From a bacterium (GTDB lineage Bacteria > UBA9089 > JAHJRX01): 64,000 nucleotides of DNA. Location of the stretch: positions 9,755-73,754 of the forward strand of contig JAHJRX010000043.1 in the NCBI GenBank assembly GCA_018830565.1, read 5' to 3'. Shown here in pieces: positions 1-11,196 of this stretch (its first letter is position 1; each line of letters begins with the position of its first letter). The translations under genes and the position numbers were made by a program. The notes beneath the pieces are model-generated. The model was not told where the DNA came from, did no database searches, and saw only the letters and a list, made by a program, of their open reading frames with translations.

Positions 1-633
1 AGTTCCTGCCCCTTCGATCTTAGCTCCCATGAGGTTTAAAAAATTAGCTAAATCTACAATTTCTGGCTCACAAGCCGCATTGTTTATTAATGTCTTTCCA
101 GAAGCTAAAGTAGCAGCCATCATAATATTTTCTGTGGCGCCCACACTAGGAAAGTCTAAATATATTTCACTACCTACTAATCTTTTAGCTTTAAGTTTTA
201 CATATCCTTCACTTAATTTTATCTTAGCTCCTAATTTTTCTAAACCTTTTAAGTGTAAATCAATGGGCCTAGAGCCGATAGCACATCCTCCAGGAAATGA
301 GACACAAACATTACCCATTCTGCCTAAAATAGGTCCCATCACTAAGACTGAAGCTCTCATAGTTTTTACTAACTCATAAGGAGCTTCTATATTCTTATAC
401 TCACTATTATCAATAACTACCTGAGATTTATTCACTTCTATTTTAGATCCAAGATTTCTTAGGACCGCAATCATCGTCGTAATGTCTCTAAGAAGAGTAG
501 GTACATTTTCTATGACAAATTTATCCTTAGTTAGTAAGGTAGCACATAAGATAGGCAAGCTGGCATTTTTAGAACCACTTATTTCAACTTCCCCTTTTAA
601 CCTTCTTCCTCCTAAAATTCTTATCTCATCCAA
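1..633 (-). CDS. murA: UDP-N-acetylglucosamine 1-carboxyvinyltransferase MurA, partial (3' end lies beyond the window start); probable TTG start at 631-633
   Basis: The minus-strand translation reads (M/L)DEIRILGGRRLKGEVEISGSKNASLPILCATLLTKDKFVIENVPTLLRDI...GCAIGSRPIDLHLKGLEKLGA, a typical MurA N-terminal half. The plus-strand ORF 29..379 is antisense to it. Confidence 0.8.
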   Translation of the reverse strand, partial: MDEIRILGGRRLKGEVEISGSKNASLPILCATLLTKDKFVIENVPTLLRDITTMIAVLRNLGSKIEVNKSQVVIDNSEYKNIEAPYELVKTMRASVLVMGPILGRMGNVCVSFPGGCAIGSRPIDLHLKGLEKLGAKIKLSEGYVKLKAKRLVGSEIYLDFPSVGATENIMMAATLASGKTLINNAACEPEIVDLANFLNLMGAKIEGAGT

Positions 634-671
634 ATTAAAACTCTCATCTCCAAATTAAAACACTTTGTCTC

Positions 672-715
672 TTAAAACAAAATAGACCATGGAATTTAAT
701 TGCCATCCATGGTCT
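672..715 (-). terminator. rho-independent terminator downstream of prmC
   Basis: Perfect 10-bp inverted repeat agaccatgga/tccatggtct (684-715) with a 12-nt loop. On the minus strand it is followed by ATTTTGTTTT. Confidence 0.5.
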
Positions 716-844
716 TAATAAGATATTCGACATAAATTCTTTTTTTCTTTAATAAAGAATCTTAGGTAATTGGTAATCAGGTATGTAGGTTACTATTCCC
801 CGATTACCAACTTAATAGCTGGTGTCTGGCTGGTGTCCGAACGA

Positions 845-1720
845 TTATCTTTTTTGAACCTCTAATATTCGATCTATCTTGGCATAATCTTTAATTATTT
901 TAAGATTATGCCAGTCTTTATATTGACTACAAATTTTCTTTAGTATTTCAGCTTGATTTATTCCTAATTCTAAATATAAATATCCTCCTTTTTTTAAATA
1001 AGTTAAGGACTCCTTAATCAAAAAGAGATGATAATCTATCCCGTCTTTACCTCCATCCAAACTATCCAGAGGTTCGTAATCTTTTACTTCGGATGATAAA
1101 TTATTAATTTCATGAGAAGGAATGTAAGGAGGATTAGAAACTATGACCTCAATTTCTTCTTTTAAATTTAATTCTTTTAAAGGATCTAATAAATTACCCT
1201 TTAAAAAGCAGATTTTTTCTTTAACTTTTAAATTCTGAGCATTTTCAGAGGCAATATTTAATATTTCCTCTGAAATATCAATGGCATAAATATAACTATT
1301 TAAATTCTTAGCTAAGGTAACAGCAATACTGCCACTTCCAGTGCCTATATCAACCATTTGATAGCACTTTTTTTCATCTAAACTATTTAATTTCTCAATT
1401 ATCCTTTCTACTAATAATTCTGTTTCTGGTCGAGGAATTAAGACTTTTGGGGTAACTTTAAAATCATAGCCATAAAATTCTTTTCGGCCTACGATATAAG
1501 CAATAGGCTCATAAAAAGAACGCCTCTTAACCAACTGGTGGTAAGAGGCTAATTCATTCTTACTTAAAGGCTGATCATAACTTAAATATATCTTAAGTCT
1601 TGAGTACCCTAAAACTTCTGATAATAATACTTCTGCTTCAAGCCGCGAACTCTTAATTCCTTTTTCTTTAAAGTAGTTAGTCGTCCAATTTAAAGCTTCA
1701 ATTATTGACCATTCCTTCAT
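845..1720 (-). CDS. prmC: release factor glutamine N5-methyltransferase PrmC/HemK
   Basis: Has the class I SAM-binding motif VDIGTGSGSIA and the NPPY motif (VSNPPYIP). Sits immediately downstream of prfA. Confidence 0.9.
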   Translation of the reverse strand: MKEWSIIEALNWTTNYFKEKGIKSSRLEAEVLLSEVLGYSRLKIYLSYDQPLSKNELASYHQLVKRRSFYEPIAYIVGRKEFYGYDFKVTPKVLIPRPETELLVERIIEKLNSLDEKKCYQMVDIGTGSGSIAVTLAKNLNSYIYAIDISEEILNIASENAQNLKVKEKICFLKGNLLDPLKELNLKEEIEVIVSNPPYIPSHEINNLSSEVKDYEPLDSLDGGKDGIDYHLFLIKESLTYLKKGGYLYLELGINQAEILKKICSQYKDWHNLKIIKDYAKIDRILEVQKR

Positions 1721-1721
1721 C

Positions 1722-2789
1722 TCAACTTGCTTTTTTAAGCATTTTCTCTTTTTCGTTTAAAATTAAAGCTTCAATTAGTTCTTCTAACTCTCCCTCCATG
1801 ATATTAGGTAACTTATGTAAAGTAAGATTAATTCGATGATCAGTAACTCTACTTTGAGGATAATTATAAGTCCGAATCCGTTCACTTCGATCACCGCTGC
1901 CTATCATCTCTTTACGTTCTTTAGCCATCTCTTGTTGTTGTTTTAATCTGGCTTGTTCTAATAATCTTGCTTTTAAAACCCTCATCGCTTTAGCTTTATT
2001 TTTATGTTGAGACTTTTCATCTTGGCAGGTAACTATTAATCCAGTAGACAAATGAGTAAGGCGAACGGCTGAATCAGTAGTATTTACACTTTGACCTCCA
2101 GGTCCGCTAGAGCGATAAACATCCACTCTTACCTCATTAGGGTCAATTGTAATCTCTACTTCTTCTGGCTCTACCAAGACAGCTACTGTAACGGTAGAAG
2201 TATGAATCCTGCCACAAGATTCAGTAACTGGAACTCTTTGCACTCTATGAACTCCACTTTCAAGGCGAAGCTTGGAGCAAACTTTTTTACCTTTTAAACT
2301 AAGAGCTACTTCTTTAAAGCCATTTACTCCGGTAGGATGAACATACATCAGTTCCTTTTTCCACCCTTGATTATCAGCATACTTACTATACATTCGTAAT
2401 AAATCTGCCACAAAGAGAGAAGATTCATCCCCTCCTGTACCAGCTCTAATCTCCATAATTACATCCTTATTTTCTTCCTCGTCTTTGGGAAGAATAGCTT
2501 GCTTTAATCTTTCTTCTAAATTCTTCTCTTTCTTCTTTAAGGTTAAAGTTTCTTCTTCCGCCATCTGTTTAAATTCTAGATCTTTTTCGTTTTGAGTTAT
2601 CTCATTTAATTCTTTTAGTTGTTCCACTGTCTCCTTATATTCCTGATATAATAAAGCAATCGGTTCTAATTCAGCTACTCTTTTAGCTAACTCTTGATAT
2701 CTCTCTTGATGAGCTATTACTTCTAGTTTGCTCATTTCTATCATTAAACTATCATATTCTTCTTTTATCCCTTTTAATCTTTCTATCAT
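1722..2789 (-). CDS. prfA: peptide chain release factor 1
   Basis: GGQ motif ([19 protein letters not shown]) and RF1-type PVT tripeptide. Conserved prfA-prmC pairing. Confidence 0.95.
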   Translation of the reverse strand: MIERLKGIKEEYDSLMIEMSKLEVIAHQERYQELAKRVAELEPIALLYQEYKETVEQLKELNEITQNEKDLEFKQMAEEETLTLKKKEKNLEERLKQAILPKDEEENKDVIMEIRAGTGGDESSLFVADLLRMYSKYADNQGWKKELMYVHPTGVNGFKEVALSLKGKKVCSKLRLESGVHRVQRVPVTESCGRIHTSTVTVAVLVEPEEVEITIDPNEVRVDVYRSSGPGGQSVNTTDSAVRLTHLSTGLIVTCQDEKSQHKNKAKAMRVLKARLLEQARLKQQQEMAKERKEMIGSGDRSERIRTYNYPQSRVTDHRINLTLHKLPNIMEGELEELIEALILNEKEKMLKKAS

Positions 2790-2857
2790 AACTTTCTTCC
2801 ATTGATAAAAATCAAACTTAAGTAGATCAGAATTTTTAGCCTTAAAACACCTTTATA

Positions 2858-3529
2858 TTAAATGTTAAATGGTTCACCACAAGATAATTTACCTTCAGGG
2901 CAATATTTTATACCCTCAATACATTTAGGTCCTGCTTTTTCAAAAATAGTAGGAGCAATATTTTTGATTTGTTTTAACATCTCACCAGCTAAATTTTGTA
3001 TCTCCCATTGGGCTCTATGGCAACATCTAAGCTCAAAAAAATGTAGGAGCGACCGAGCATTCATCGTTACTATAATCTTAGTGGTTATAGCGTTAGGCAA
3101 GAGATAACGAGCATCTTCCGTCTCTACCTTTTTTTCTATTAAGTAACGATAAATCTGATGTGATTGTTCCATTACAGAAATAAAAGCTTTTTTTAATTCT
3201 TCATTCTCTTTAATCTTAGGGGGGATAATGTATTCTAAGTGCTCGTGCTTTACATATCTTTGACTTTGCTGAGAATAAGAAGCTATTCGATGTCTTACTA
3301 ATTGATGACTGGCGGCCCTTGATATTCCTTCTACCCCAAAAGTAAAAGAAACATGCTCAAAGGGAGAAATATGACCACTTTGATAAAGCTTTTGGATAAA
3401 CTCTTTGATTTCGCTTTTACTGGCCTTTTCCTTTAACTGACTAATTTGAATAGAAGAATAACATAACTTAGCAGCTATCGCTACAGCTTTTTCAGGATTA
3501 GGTGTATAGTTTAAAAGCTCAACAAACAT
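2858..3529 (-). CDS. thyX: FAD-dependent thymidylate synthase ThyX
   Basis: ThyX signature RHRIASYSQQSQRY (RHRX7S motif). Length 223 aa. Confidence 0.9.
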   Translation of the reverse strand: MFVELLNYTPNPEKAVAIAAKLCYSSIQISQLKEKASKSEIKEFIQKLYQSGHISPFEHVSFTFGVEGISRAASHQLVRHRIASYSQQSQRYVKHEHLEYIIPPKIKENEELKKAFISVMEQSHQIYRYLIEKKVETEDARYLLPNAITTKIIVTMNARSLLHFFELRCCHRAQWEIQNLAGEMLKQIKNIAPTIFEKAGPKCIEGIKYCPEGKLSCGEPFNI

Positions 3530-3560
3530 AAGGCAAACTAAATATAAATTATTCTCTTTC

Positions 3561-3764
3561 TTATCCTTGTTTTTGGTAACGAGTTCTAAACTTCTCTACT
3601 CTTCCTGCTGTATCTACTAACTTTTGCTTACCGGTAAAAAATGGGTGGCAATTAGAGCAGATCTCTACTTTAATTTGGGGTAAGGTAGATTTAGTGGGAT
3701 AAGTAGCTCCACAACTACACTTAATTTCTATTTCGTAAGACTTAGGATGGATATCTTTCTTCAT
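3561..3764 (-). CDS. rpmE: 50S ribosomal protein L31
   Basis: 67 aa with a CxxC...CxxCHPFFTG zinc-ribbon pattern typical of L31. Confidence 0.9.
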   Translation of the reverse strand: MKKDIHPKSYEIEIKCSCGATYPTKSTLPQIKVEICSNCHPFFTGKQKLVDTAGRVEKFRTRYQKQG

Positions 3765-3784
3765 AATTCTTAACCTCGCCTCTT

Positions 3785-3900
3785 TATAGTAGTTATTAAC
3801 GAAAACTAGACATAGGAAATAATACCGAGCAATAAAAGATAAACTTGCTTGCCCTCAAATTAATTTGCTCTAGGTCAAATTTTCATTAATAAGTGCTATA
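3785..3900 (+). repeat. MITE-like ~115-bp intergenic repeat, copy A (TIR TATAGYASTTATTAAYGAAAA)
   Basis: Near-identical to 6391-6505. Reverse-complement copies at 11082-11196, 12928-13014 and 27714-27831. The termini are imperfect inverted repeats. Confidence 0.75.
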
Positions 3901-3998
3901 AAGATAAGATCATAAACTTTAATAAAGTAAGGCTATTATATCACAACATCGCGGAGAATCAAGTAAAATAAATTATAGGCAAAATTTTATCTAAGATA

Positions 3999-5108
3999 TT
4001 ATCTAAGATATTGGGCAGGATTTTTAATAGTTCCATGTTTATGGATTTCAAAGTGAAGATGGGGACCAGTAGAAATACCAGAACTTCCTGACAGGGCAAT
4101 ACCTTGCCCTTTTTCGACATAATCCCCTTTCTTAACTAAATTTCTTGAATTATGAGCATATCTAGTCACATAACCCTTATCATGTACAAGCTCTATCATT
4201 TTTCCATAGCCAAAAAACCAACCACTATAAACTACTCTCCCCGACATGGCAGCTTTGATCTTGGTACCATATGGAGTACTAAAATCAACTCCTTTATGGG
4301 CAATAATTCTCCCAAAGATAGGATGCAAACGAAATCCAAATCCTGAAACAATTTTTCCTACCACTGGCCTTATAAAACCAAAAGGTAATTCCTTAAGACG
4401 GTCTTTAAAGGGTTTATTAAGAGATTTAAAGGAACGTTCAAGGATGGCCCCAGGAAGAAAGATAGCTTCCCCCGCTCTTATTTTATATGGATTAAAGATA
4501 TAATTTGCTCTTAAGATGGTGGGAATAGATAAATTATACTTTTTAGAAACAGCCCATAAGGATTCTCCCTTTCTTAATTTATGTAAAATTCCTTTTTTGT
4601 TAGGTATTTTTAGTAATTGTCCTTTAGAAAGAACATTTCTATCTAAATTATTAAAAGAAATAATCGTACTAGGGTCAATTCCATACTTTTTCGAAATAGT
4701 CCATAAATTTTCTTTTCTTCTTACCCGGTGAAGAGTGATAAATAAATTGGCATTATTCAATAAATATTTAGCATCTTTACCAGCATATTGAACTGCTTTA
4801 AGCTGGTCAAGCTCCCTATTAACTAAATTTACAGCTTGATGAGGCTCTTCTTCTATTAAATCAACAATTAATAAATCTTGTTCATTAAGATTTTTTAATT
4901 TACTTACCTGGATAAAATCTCCTGTTTTTTTCCATTGCGTAAAAAATGGAGACAAAGAAAATATATTTATAGAGACAAAGATATGAATTAATACCCAGAC
5001 AAGGTTACCTTTATAGGTATTTTTTTTAGAAAAACCATTTTTCCAGGCAAACTTCCTGACCTTTCTCATAAATACTAACTCGGAAAAAGCACCTTTATTC
5101 TTTAGCAT
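3999..5108 (-). CDS. LysM-domain M23 family metallopeptidase
   Basis: Repeated LysM-like segments followed by an M23 active-site region (HKGVDFSTPYGTKI...GSSGISTGPHLHFEI). Confidence 0.85.
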   Translation of the reverse strand: MLKNKGAFSELVFMRKVRKFAWKNGFSKKNTYKGNLVWVLIHIFVSINIFSLSPFFTQWKKTGDFIQVSKLKNLNEQDLLIVDLIEEEPHQAVNLVNRELDQLKAVQYAGKDAKYLLNNANLFITLHRVRRKENLWTISKKYGIDPSTIISFNNLDRNVLSKGQLLKIPNKKGILHKLRKGESLWAVSKKYNLSIPTILRANYIFNPYKIRAGEAIFLPGAILERSFKSLNKPFKDRLKELPFGFIRPVVGKIVSGFGFRLHPIFGRIIAHKGVDFSTPYGTKIKAAMSGRVVYSGWFFGYGKMIELVHDKGYVTRYAHNSRNLVKKGDYVEKGQGIALSGSSGISTGPHLHFEIHKHGTIKNPAQYLR

Positions 5109-5120
5109 AATTTTAACTCT

Positions 5121-6371
5121 TTAACCTTTATTCATGGAAGCAAAAAACTCTTTATTGCTAGAAGTATTCTTTATCTTCTCAATTAATAACTCCATATTTT
5201 CTACCGAACTTAAAGGGGTAAGTAAATTACGAAGAATCCACATTTTATTTAACTCTTCTTTGGTAAGCAAAAGTTCTTCTTTTCTCGTACCAGAACGAGC
5301 AATATTAATAGCTGGAAACAATCTTCTATCAGATAAGTTACGTTCTAAATGAAGCTCCATATTGCCGGTGCCTTTAAATTCTTCAAATATTACTTCATCC
5401 ATTCTGCTTCCTGTCTCAATAAGAGCAGTAGCTAAAATAGTTAAACTTCCTCCTTTTTCAATATTACGGGCAGCTCCTAAAAATCTTTTCGGCCTATGGA
5501 GGGCATTAGAATCTACTCCTCCCGATAAAATTTTTCCACTAGTTGGAACTACTTGGTTATAAGCCCGAGCTAATCGAGTAATACTATCTAATAATATCAC
5601 GACATCAAACTTATGCTCTACTAATCTCTTAGCTTTTTCAATAACTACCTCAGCTACTTTTACATGACTTTCCGCTGGTTCGTCAAAAGTAGAGCTAACA
5701 ACTTCACCTTTTACCGATCGCTTCATATCTGTTACTTCTTCAGGTCTTTCATCAATAAGAAGAACAATAATCTTGATTTCTGGATGATTAACGCTAACAC
5801 TGTTAGCAATTTCCTGCAACAAAACAGTCTTCCCTGTCCTAGGAGGAGCTACGATTAAACCACGTTGACCTTTTCCAATAGGAGTAATGATATCCATAAT
5901 CCGCATAGAAATTTCATCACCCTCCCTCTCTAATTTTATCCTTTCACAAGGATAAAGAGGAGTGAGGTTATCAAATAAGATACGTTTATTAGCCATTTCA
6001 GGATCTTCATAGTTTACTGTTTCTACTTTAAGTAAGGCAAAAAATCTCTCACTTTCCTTAGGAGAACGAATTTGACCTGAAACAGTATCCCCGGTTTGAA
6101 GATCAAACTTCCTTATTTGAGAAGGCGAAACATAAACATCATCTTGCCCGGGCAAATAATTATAGAGAGAAGATCTCAAAAATCCATAACCATCAGGTAA
6201 CACATCTAAAGTACCTTCTGAAAAGATCAATCCATTCTTCTCGGTATGTTTTTTAAAAATAGCAAAGATTAAGTCTTGCTTCTTCATTCCTCTAACTCCA
6301 GAAATATTTAAATCTGCGATTAATTCATATAATTCCGGAATAGTCTTACTTTGGATTTCTTTAAGATGCAT
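5121..6371 (-). CDS. rho: transcription termination factor Rho
   Basis: Rho N-terminal and cold-shock-like RNA-binding region plus RecA-like ATPase ([12 protein letters not shown]; Walker [14 protein letters not shown]). Confidence 0.95.
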   Translation of the reverse strand: MHLKEIQSKTIPELYELIADLNISGVRGMKKQDLIFAIFKKHTEKNGLIFSEGTLDVLPDGYGFLRSSLYNYLPGQDDVYVSPSQIRKFDLQTGDTVSGQIRSPKESERFFALLKVETVNYEDPEMANKRILFDNLTPLYPCERIKLEREGDEISMRIMDIITPIGKGQRGLIVAPPRTGKTVLLQEIANSVSVNHPEIKIIVLLIDERPEEVTDMKRSVKGEVVSSTFDEPAESHVKVAEVVIEKAKRLVEHKFDVVILLDSITRLARAYNQVVPTSGKILSGGVDSNALHRPKRFLGAARNIEKGGSLTILATALIETGSRMDEVIFEEFKGTGNMELHLERNLSDRRLFPAINIARSGTRKEELLLTKEELNKMWILRNLLTPLSSVENMELLIEKIKNTSSNKEFFASMNKG

Positions 6372-6390
6372 ATATTTTGTTCTCCCTCAT

Positions 6391-6505
6391 TATAGTAGTT
6401 ATTAACGAAAATTAGACATAAGAAATAATACCAAGCAATAAAAGATAAACTTGTTTGCCCTCAAATTAATTTGCTCTATGTCAAATTTCATTAATAAGTG
6501 CTATA
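6391..6505 (+). repeat. MITE-like repeat, copy B
   Basis: About 95% identical to copy A over its full length. Confidence 0.75.
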
Positions 6506-6536
6506 GATTTGATTTGCAAACATTTAGGTAGCAGCT

Positions 6537-6971
6537 TTATGTTTCTAAAATTTTGTCCTTATAAAGCAAATAAGTAGCTTTTTCTATTAACTCTCTTTTA
6601 CTCCTTCCATCTTCAGGAAAAGAAGAAAAACCAAAACTAACCTTGATATTTAAACTTTCTTTAAAATAATTTAGATCTTGCTTCAATCGATGAACGAATA
6701 ATACGACTTCCTTCTTATCCATATTAGGAAACACCATAGTCAATTCTTTTAATTTGCTTTTCCCGATTATATCTGCACTACGAGCCCTCCGAGTTAATAA
6801 TTCAATTATCTTTTTTAAATCTTCTTCTTGGTTACTTTCGCTAAGATCTAAGATAACTAAAGAAAGAGATTTTTTGCAAAGACGAGCTTTTTTTATTTCC
6901 TCATTAAACACTTCCTCTAAACTCTCCTTAGCTAATATTTTAAGATCTAACTCATTATGAGAAGAAACCAC
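6537..6971 (-). CDS. hypothetical protein (possible degenerate GGDEF-like C-terminal fragment)
   Basis: ORF only. Weak resemblance to the C-terminal part of GGDEF domains (VSFGFSSFPEDG). Confidence 0.3.
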   Translation of the reverse strand: MVSSHNELDLKILAKESLEEVFNEEIKKARLCKKSLSLVILDLSESNQEEDLKKIIELLTRRARSADIIGKSKLKELTMVFPNMDKKEVVLFVHRLKQDLNYFKESLNIKVSFGFSSFPEDGRSKRELIEKATYLLYKDKILET

Positions 6972-7027
6972 CTACTTTTCCCTCCCTTCTGAGTATTACT
7001 TAAAAATAAAGCTTAGTTAAGCTATTT

Positions 7028-7945
7028 TTAATATGTCATAATATCATTAGATGTCAGATGTAGCTTTTTAATTTTAGACTGCAAAGTCCCTCGGGATACC
7101 TTTAATAAACTAGCACTAGCGCTGATATTGCCTTCTGTCTTTTTTAAAGCCATAGAAATAGCCTCTTTCTCTGCCCTTTTAACTATCTCTTCTAAAGAAA
7201 GAATCTCCTTGTCAAGAATCTCTTTACTGGCACTCTGATCTAAATCTCCACCAGAAAGTTCTCTTAGCAAAAATATCTTTCCTAAAATCTGGTCTTTATC
7301 CCAGACCAAAGCATAACTACAATTATATTTCTTCTCATTTAACTGAACTAAAGCCTCTCTTAGACTTGACCTCTCCCGGATCTTTCTTTTAAATCTTCTA
7401 TCCTTACCTGAAATTTTAGATAATGGGGGAAATAACTCTGAAATCTTTTTCTCGTGAAATTCTAATTTTTTAAAGAGAGACTTTTTGGCTAAATCATTAA
7501 TTAAAACTATCTTTTCTTCTAAATCAGTAATGATAGAAATCACCGGAAGATTATCAAAGACCTTTCTCCATTTAATAGCAGAAAAATCTACCGGATAATC
7601 TAATGATAAAAGTATCTCTTGGATAGTCCAAAAATCTACTAAATTTCCTTCCTCATCAATGATAGGAACCTCTTTAAGATCTTTGTAATTTGAGGCTAAC
7701 TTCAAAAGATCTAAATCTTGGGGAAGATTAATACTGATCATATTCTTTATTACAAACTCCCTGAGAGGCTTTTCTAAACTTTTCAGAGAAGAGGAAGCAG
7801 TAATAAAATCTTCTTTCTTTATTATGCCTATTAATCTCTTATTTTTACCTATTACTGGAAGAGAACAAAGACCATGCCCATAAAAATATTTAAGAAGATC
7901 TCTAACTTTTAACACTTCTTGATCTTTTAAAGGCAAATTTGGCAT
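7028..7945 (-). CDS. CBS-domain protein with C-terminal Fis-type HTH (putative transcriptional regulator)
   Basis: CBS-like pair in the N-terminal half. The C-terminal ASLLKVSRGTLQSKIKKL matches the Fis/NtrC-family HTH pattern. Confidence 0.55.
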   Translation of the reverse strand: MPNLPLKDQEVLKVRDLLKYFYGHGLCSLPVIGKNKRLIGIIKKEDFITASSSLKSLEKPLREFVIKNMISINLPQDLDLLKLASNYKDLKEVPIIDEEGNLVDFWTIQEILLSLDYPVDFSAIKWRKVFDNLPVISIITDLEEKIVLINDLAKKSLFKKLEFHEKKISELFPPLSKISGKDRRFKRKIRERSSLREALVQLNEKKYNCSYALVWDKDQILGKIFLLRELSGGDLDQSASKEILDKEILSLEEIVKRAEKEAISMALKKTEGNISASASLLKVSRGTLQSKIKKLHLTSNDIMTY

Positions 7946-7990
7946 TATGGAAGATTTAGCATCATAGAAAATAAAAATTTGGTTACTAAT

Positions 7991-9646
7991 TTACATCTTA
8001 GCTGGAGCTTGAATAGCCAATATCTTAAAAACACTTCTCATAGCAAGCATAATTGCCTTGCATAAGCAGAGCCGGGCTAAAGTAAGTTCACTATCTTCAG
8101 AAATTACTCTATGTTTAGCATAATAGCTATGAAACATAGCAGCCAGATCAATTAAGTAGTTAGTTAAATGATGTGGTTCTAAGTTATTGGTAATATTAAA
8201 TATTTCATCTGGCAAGATACTTAGTTTAAAGATCATACCTAATTCTTCGGGAAGAAGTAAAAGACTTAAATTAACCTTTGAGACTAAGTATTCCCGAATA
8301 TTCTTTTCTTCTGCTTGTTGAAGAATGCTACATATACGAGCATGGGCATACTGAACATAGTAAACAGGATTATCATCTGATTTCTTTTTAGCTAATTCTA
8401 AGTCAAAGTCTAACTGAGCATCGCTATTCCGCATTAAAAAGAAAAATCTAGCTGCATCTGTGCCTACTTCATTTATTACTTCTTCTAAAGTTACATATTC
8501 ACCAGATCTTGTGGACATAGAAACTTGACGACCATCCCGCACCAAATTTACTAATTGATATAATAAATACCTCAACATCCCTGGTTTATACCCAATTAAA
8601 GAACAGGCAGACTCTATCCTTGGTACATATCCATGATGATCAGCTCCTATGATATTTATCATCCTCTCATATCCTCTTAAAAGCTTATCTTTATGATAAG
8701 CTATATCTCCTGCAAAGTAAGTAAATACCTGATTTTCTCTAACTAAAACTCGATCCTTATCATCGTTAAAAGCACTACTCTTAAACCAAACCGCCCCATC
8801 TTTTTCATAAGTATAACCTTTTTCTTTTAAAAGACTGATACACTCATTCACCTCACCTGATTCATAAAGAGTATTTTCGCTGAAAAAACGATTAAATTTT
8901 ACCCGAAAAGAAAAAAGTACTTTTATAATATCATCTAATATTTCTCTAATCGCAAATCTAGAAAAAAAATCAACTCCCCAGTCTTTATACCTAATGCCTC
9001 CTTTTTTTACTAATTTTTCAGCTAATTCTTTAATATACTCCCCTTTATAACCATCTACCGGAGGTTCTATAGAATCACCTAAAAACTTTTTATAAGCAAC
9101 TTCGAGACATCTCCCTAATAATTCAGCTTGTTTTCCTACATTGTTAATATAATATTCTTTTTCCACCAAATATCCAGTCGCCTCAAAGACATTAGCTAAA
9201 ACATCACCAATTACCGCTCCTCTTCCGTGACCTACATGTAAAGGACCAGTAGGATTAGCGCTGACATATTCTATTAATACTTTCTTATCTTTTCCAAGAC
9301 TACTAAAACCATATTCTTCACCTGCTTCTTCAATGCATCCTAATGTTTTGCCCAAACGATCTTTACTAATAAATATGTTAACAAAACCTCTTCCTGCTAC
9401 CTCAGTTTTTTCAATCACCTCTTTATCTTTTATATTTTCTACAATAATCTTAGCGATCTTAACCACATCTTCCCCTATGCTTTTAGCTAAAATAAAAGCT
9501 ATATTAGAAGAAAGATTTCCATGAGAACTAATCTTAGGGGTTTCTATAATTATTTCAGGCAATTTACATTCAGGAAGCTTTTGCTCTTTTATAGCTCTCA
9601 AGAGAGCTTCCTTGATAATTTTTCTAACTTCTTCTTTAAGAAACAT
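7991..9646 (-). CDS. argS: arginine--tRNA ligase
   Basis: HIGH-class motif (PTGPLHVGHGRG) and MSTRSG (KMSKS-equivalent). 551 aa with ArgS architecture. Confidence 0.95.
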   Translation of the reverse strand: MFLKEEVRKIIKEALLRAIKEQKLPECKLPEIIIETPKISSHGNLSSNIAFILAKSIGEDVVKIAKIIVENIKDKEVIEKTEVAGRGFVNIFISKDRLGKTLGCIEEAGEEYGFSSLGKDKKVLIEYVSANPTGPLHVGHGRGAVIGDVLANVFEATGYLVEKEYYINNVGKQAELLGRCLEVAYKKFLGDSIEPPVDGYKGEYIKELAEKLVKKGGIRYKDWGVDFFSRFAIREILDDIIKVLFSFRVKFNRFFSENTLYESGEVNECISLLKEKGYTYEKDGAVWFKSSAFNDDKDRVLVRENQVFTYFAGDIAYHKDKLLRGYERMINIIGADHHGYVPRIESACSLIGYKPGMLRYLLYQLVNLVRDGRQVSMSTRSGEYVTLEEVINEVGTDAARFFFLMRNSDAQLDFDLELAKKKSDDNPVYYVQYAHARICSILQQAEEKNIREYLVSKVNLSLLLLPEELGMIFKLSILPDEIFNITNNLEPHHLTNYLIDLAAMFHSYYAKHRVISEDSELTLARLCLCKAIMLAMRSVFKILAIQAPAKM

Positions 9647-10109
9647 AATTTCAACCCTTAATTTAATGAAGATTTTATAAAATAATTATCCTGACGGAAG
9701 AAAACTTGAAGATTTTTCTGGTTATGCTTAAACAAATCAGGATAGCCATAAGTGCTATAAGATTTAAAAACTTAGAATAACCTTAATGCTTAATAATTCT
9801 TGATTGGCATTTTTAATTTTGGGGTACTTGCGAAGTAGGTCATTTGATTCTTGATTTAATCTTTAGTCTATCGTCTGATCTCGACAATCTTGGGTCTGTT
9901 TAAATTTTCGTAACCCAATCTTTGTTAAGCATAATGGTAAATGTTCAATGATAAACATTCAATGATAAATGTTCAAGTATTAGCTTTCCAGATAGCAGTT
10001 TTATTAGAGATAAGTCCATTAAGGCAAGAAAGGATTTTTGCCAAACAAACTACTCCCTGATTTTGTTAGCTTTAGCTAACGGCTGAATGTTTACGGATAA
10101 TGTTAATAA

Positions 10110-10988
10110 TTATCTCTCTTCTATAAACTTATCTATGACTTTTTTGACGGTATTAATAGGAATAGCAAACCCAATACCTTGAGCTTGGGCTACAATAGCT
10201 GTATTTATACCTATAACTTCTCCTAACTCATTGACTAAAGGCCCGCCGCTATTTCCTGGATTAATAGAAGCATCAGTTTGGATCAGACCTTTGTAAATTC
10301 GACCAAAACTTTTCACTCCTGGCAATTCTCTTCCTTTAGCGCTAATCACTCCTACCGTGACCGTATGATTTAATCCAAATGGATTCCCCACCGCGATAGC
10401 CCATTCTCCTACTACTAACTGATCAGAATTACCTAAGATAGCACAAGGAAGATCTAAAGATTTTATCTTTAAAAGAGCTACGTCTTCATCGACATTAGAT
10501 CCTACTATTTTAGCAGGAAAACTTCTTCCGTCAAGCAATTTAATTTCTATACCCAAAGCACCCCTAACAACATGCTCATTAGTAACGATATAACCATCTT
10601 TACTAATAATTATACCTGAACCTAAAGAAGTTTGTTCAAACTCTCGGACAGAAAATTCTTCAAAAGAATCTCTAAAAAAATCTCTAAAGAATTGATCATG
10701 AAAATCAAAGAAAGGATCTTTAATCCTAACTTGTCGTTTAATACCAATATTTACTACTGCTTTATTTGCTTTTTCTATAGCGCTTACTAAATTACCTTGA
10801 AATACAGGGGGTTTGTATTGTATCTGATTTGTGTCTACTTGGGGAAATCTTTGTTCAATTAATAAGGTTGAGGATAATAATTTTTTCTTTACTTTATCGA
10901 AGGCTAGGTGAGATGCCCAATAATAACTTACTATAATTCCTACTAATATACCTCCGATAAAATAAGATAATCTATATTCCTTCTTCAT
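10110..10988 (-). CDS. trypsin-like serine protease (S1C, HtrA-like, no PDZ)
   Basis: N-terminal TM segment. Catalytic motifs TNEHVV, D and GNSGGPLVN. Confidence 0.8.
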   Translation of the reverse strand: MKKEYRLSYFIGGILVGIIVSYYWASHLAFDKVKKKLLSSTLLIEQRFPQVDTNQIQYKPPVFQGNLVSAIEKANKAVVNIGIKRQVRIKDPFFDFHDQFFRDFFRDSFEEFSVREFEQTSLGSGIIISKDGYIVTNEHVVRGALGIEIKLLDGRSFPAKIVGSNVDEDVALLKIKSLDLPCAILGNSDQLVVGEWAIAVGNPFGLNHTVTVGVISAKGRELPGVKSFGRIYKGLIQTDASINPGNSGGPLVNELGEVIGINTAIVAQAQGIGFAIPINTVKKVIDKFIEER

Positions 10989-11081
10989 CTTTAAAGTATA
11001 TTTTAAAGATTTTAAAGATTAATGTCAACTAAAAATATCTCTCGGTGTAGTAATTTCTCATCTTATATTAATAACGTTTAA

Positions 11082-11196
11082 TATAGCACTTATTAATGAA
11101 AATTTGACATAGAGCAAATTAATTGAGTGCCAACGAGTTTATCTTTTATTGCTCGGTATTATTTCCTATGTCTAGTTTTCGTTAATAAGTGCTATA
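11082..11196 (-). repeat. MITE-like repeat, copy C (inverted orientation)
   Basis: Reverse complement of copies A and B. Overlaps the last codons of the permease gene. Confidence 0.75.

Noticed and set aside
29-379. Plus-strand 116-aa ORF at the window start
   Set aside because: It is antisense to a clear MurA coding sequence on the minus strand and is a typical shadow ORF in AT-rich DNA.
9647-10110. T-box leader for argS
   Set aside because: No T-box consensus (AATTAGGGTGGNACCGCG) or specifier-loop architecture is visible on the minus strand.
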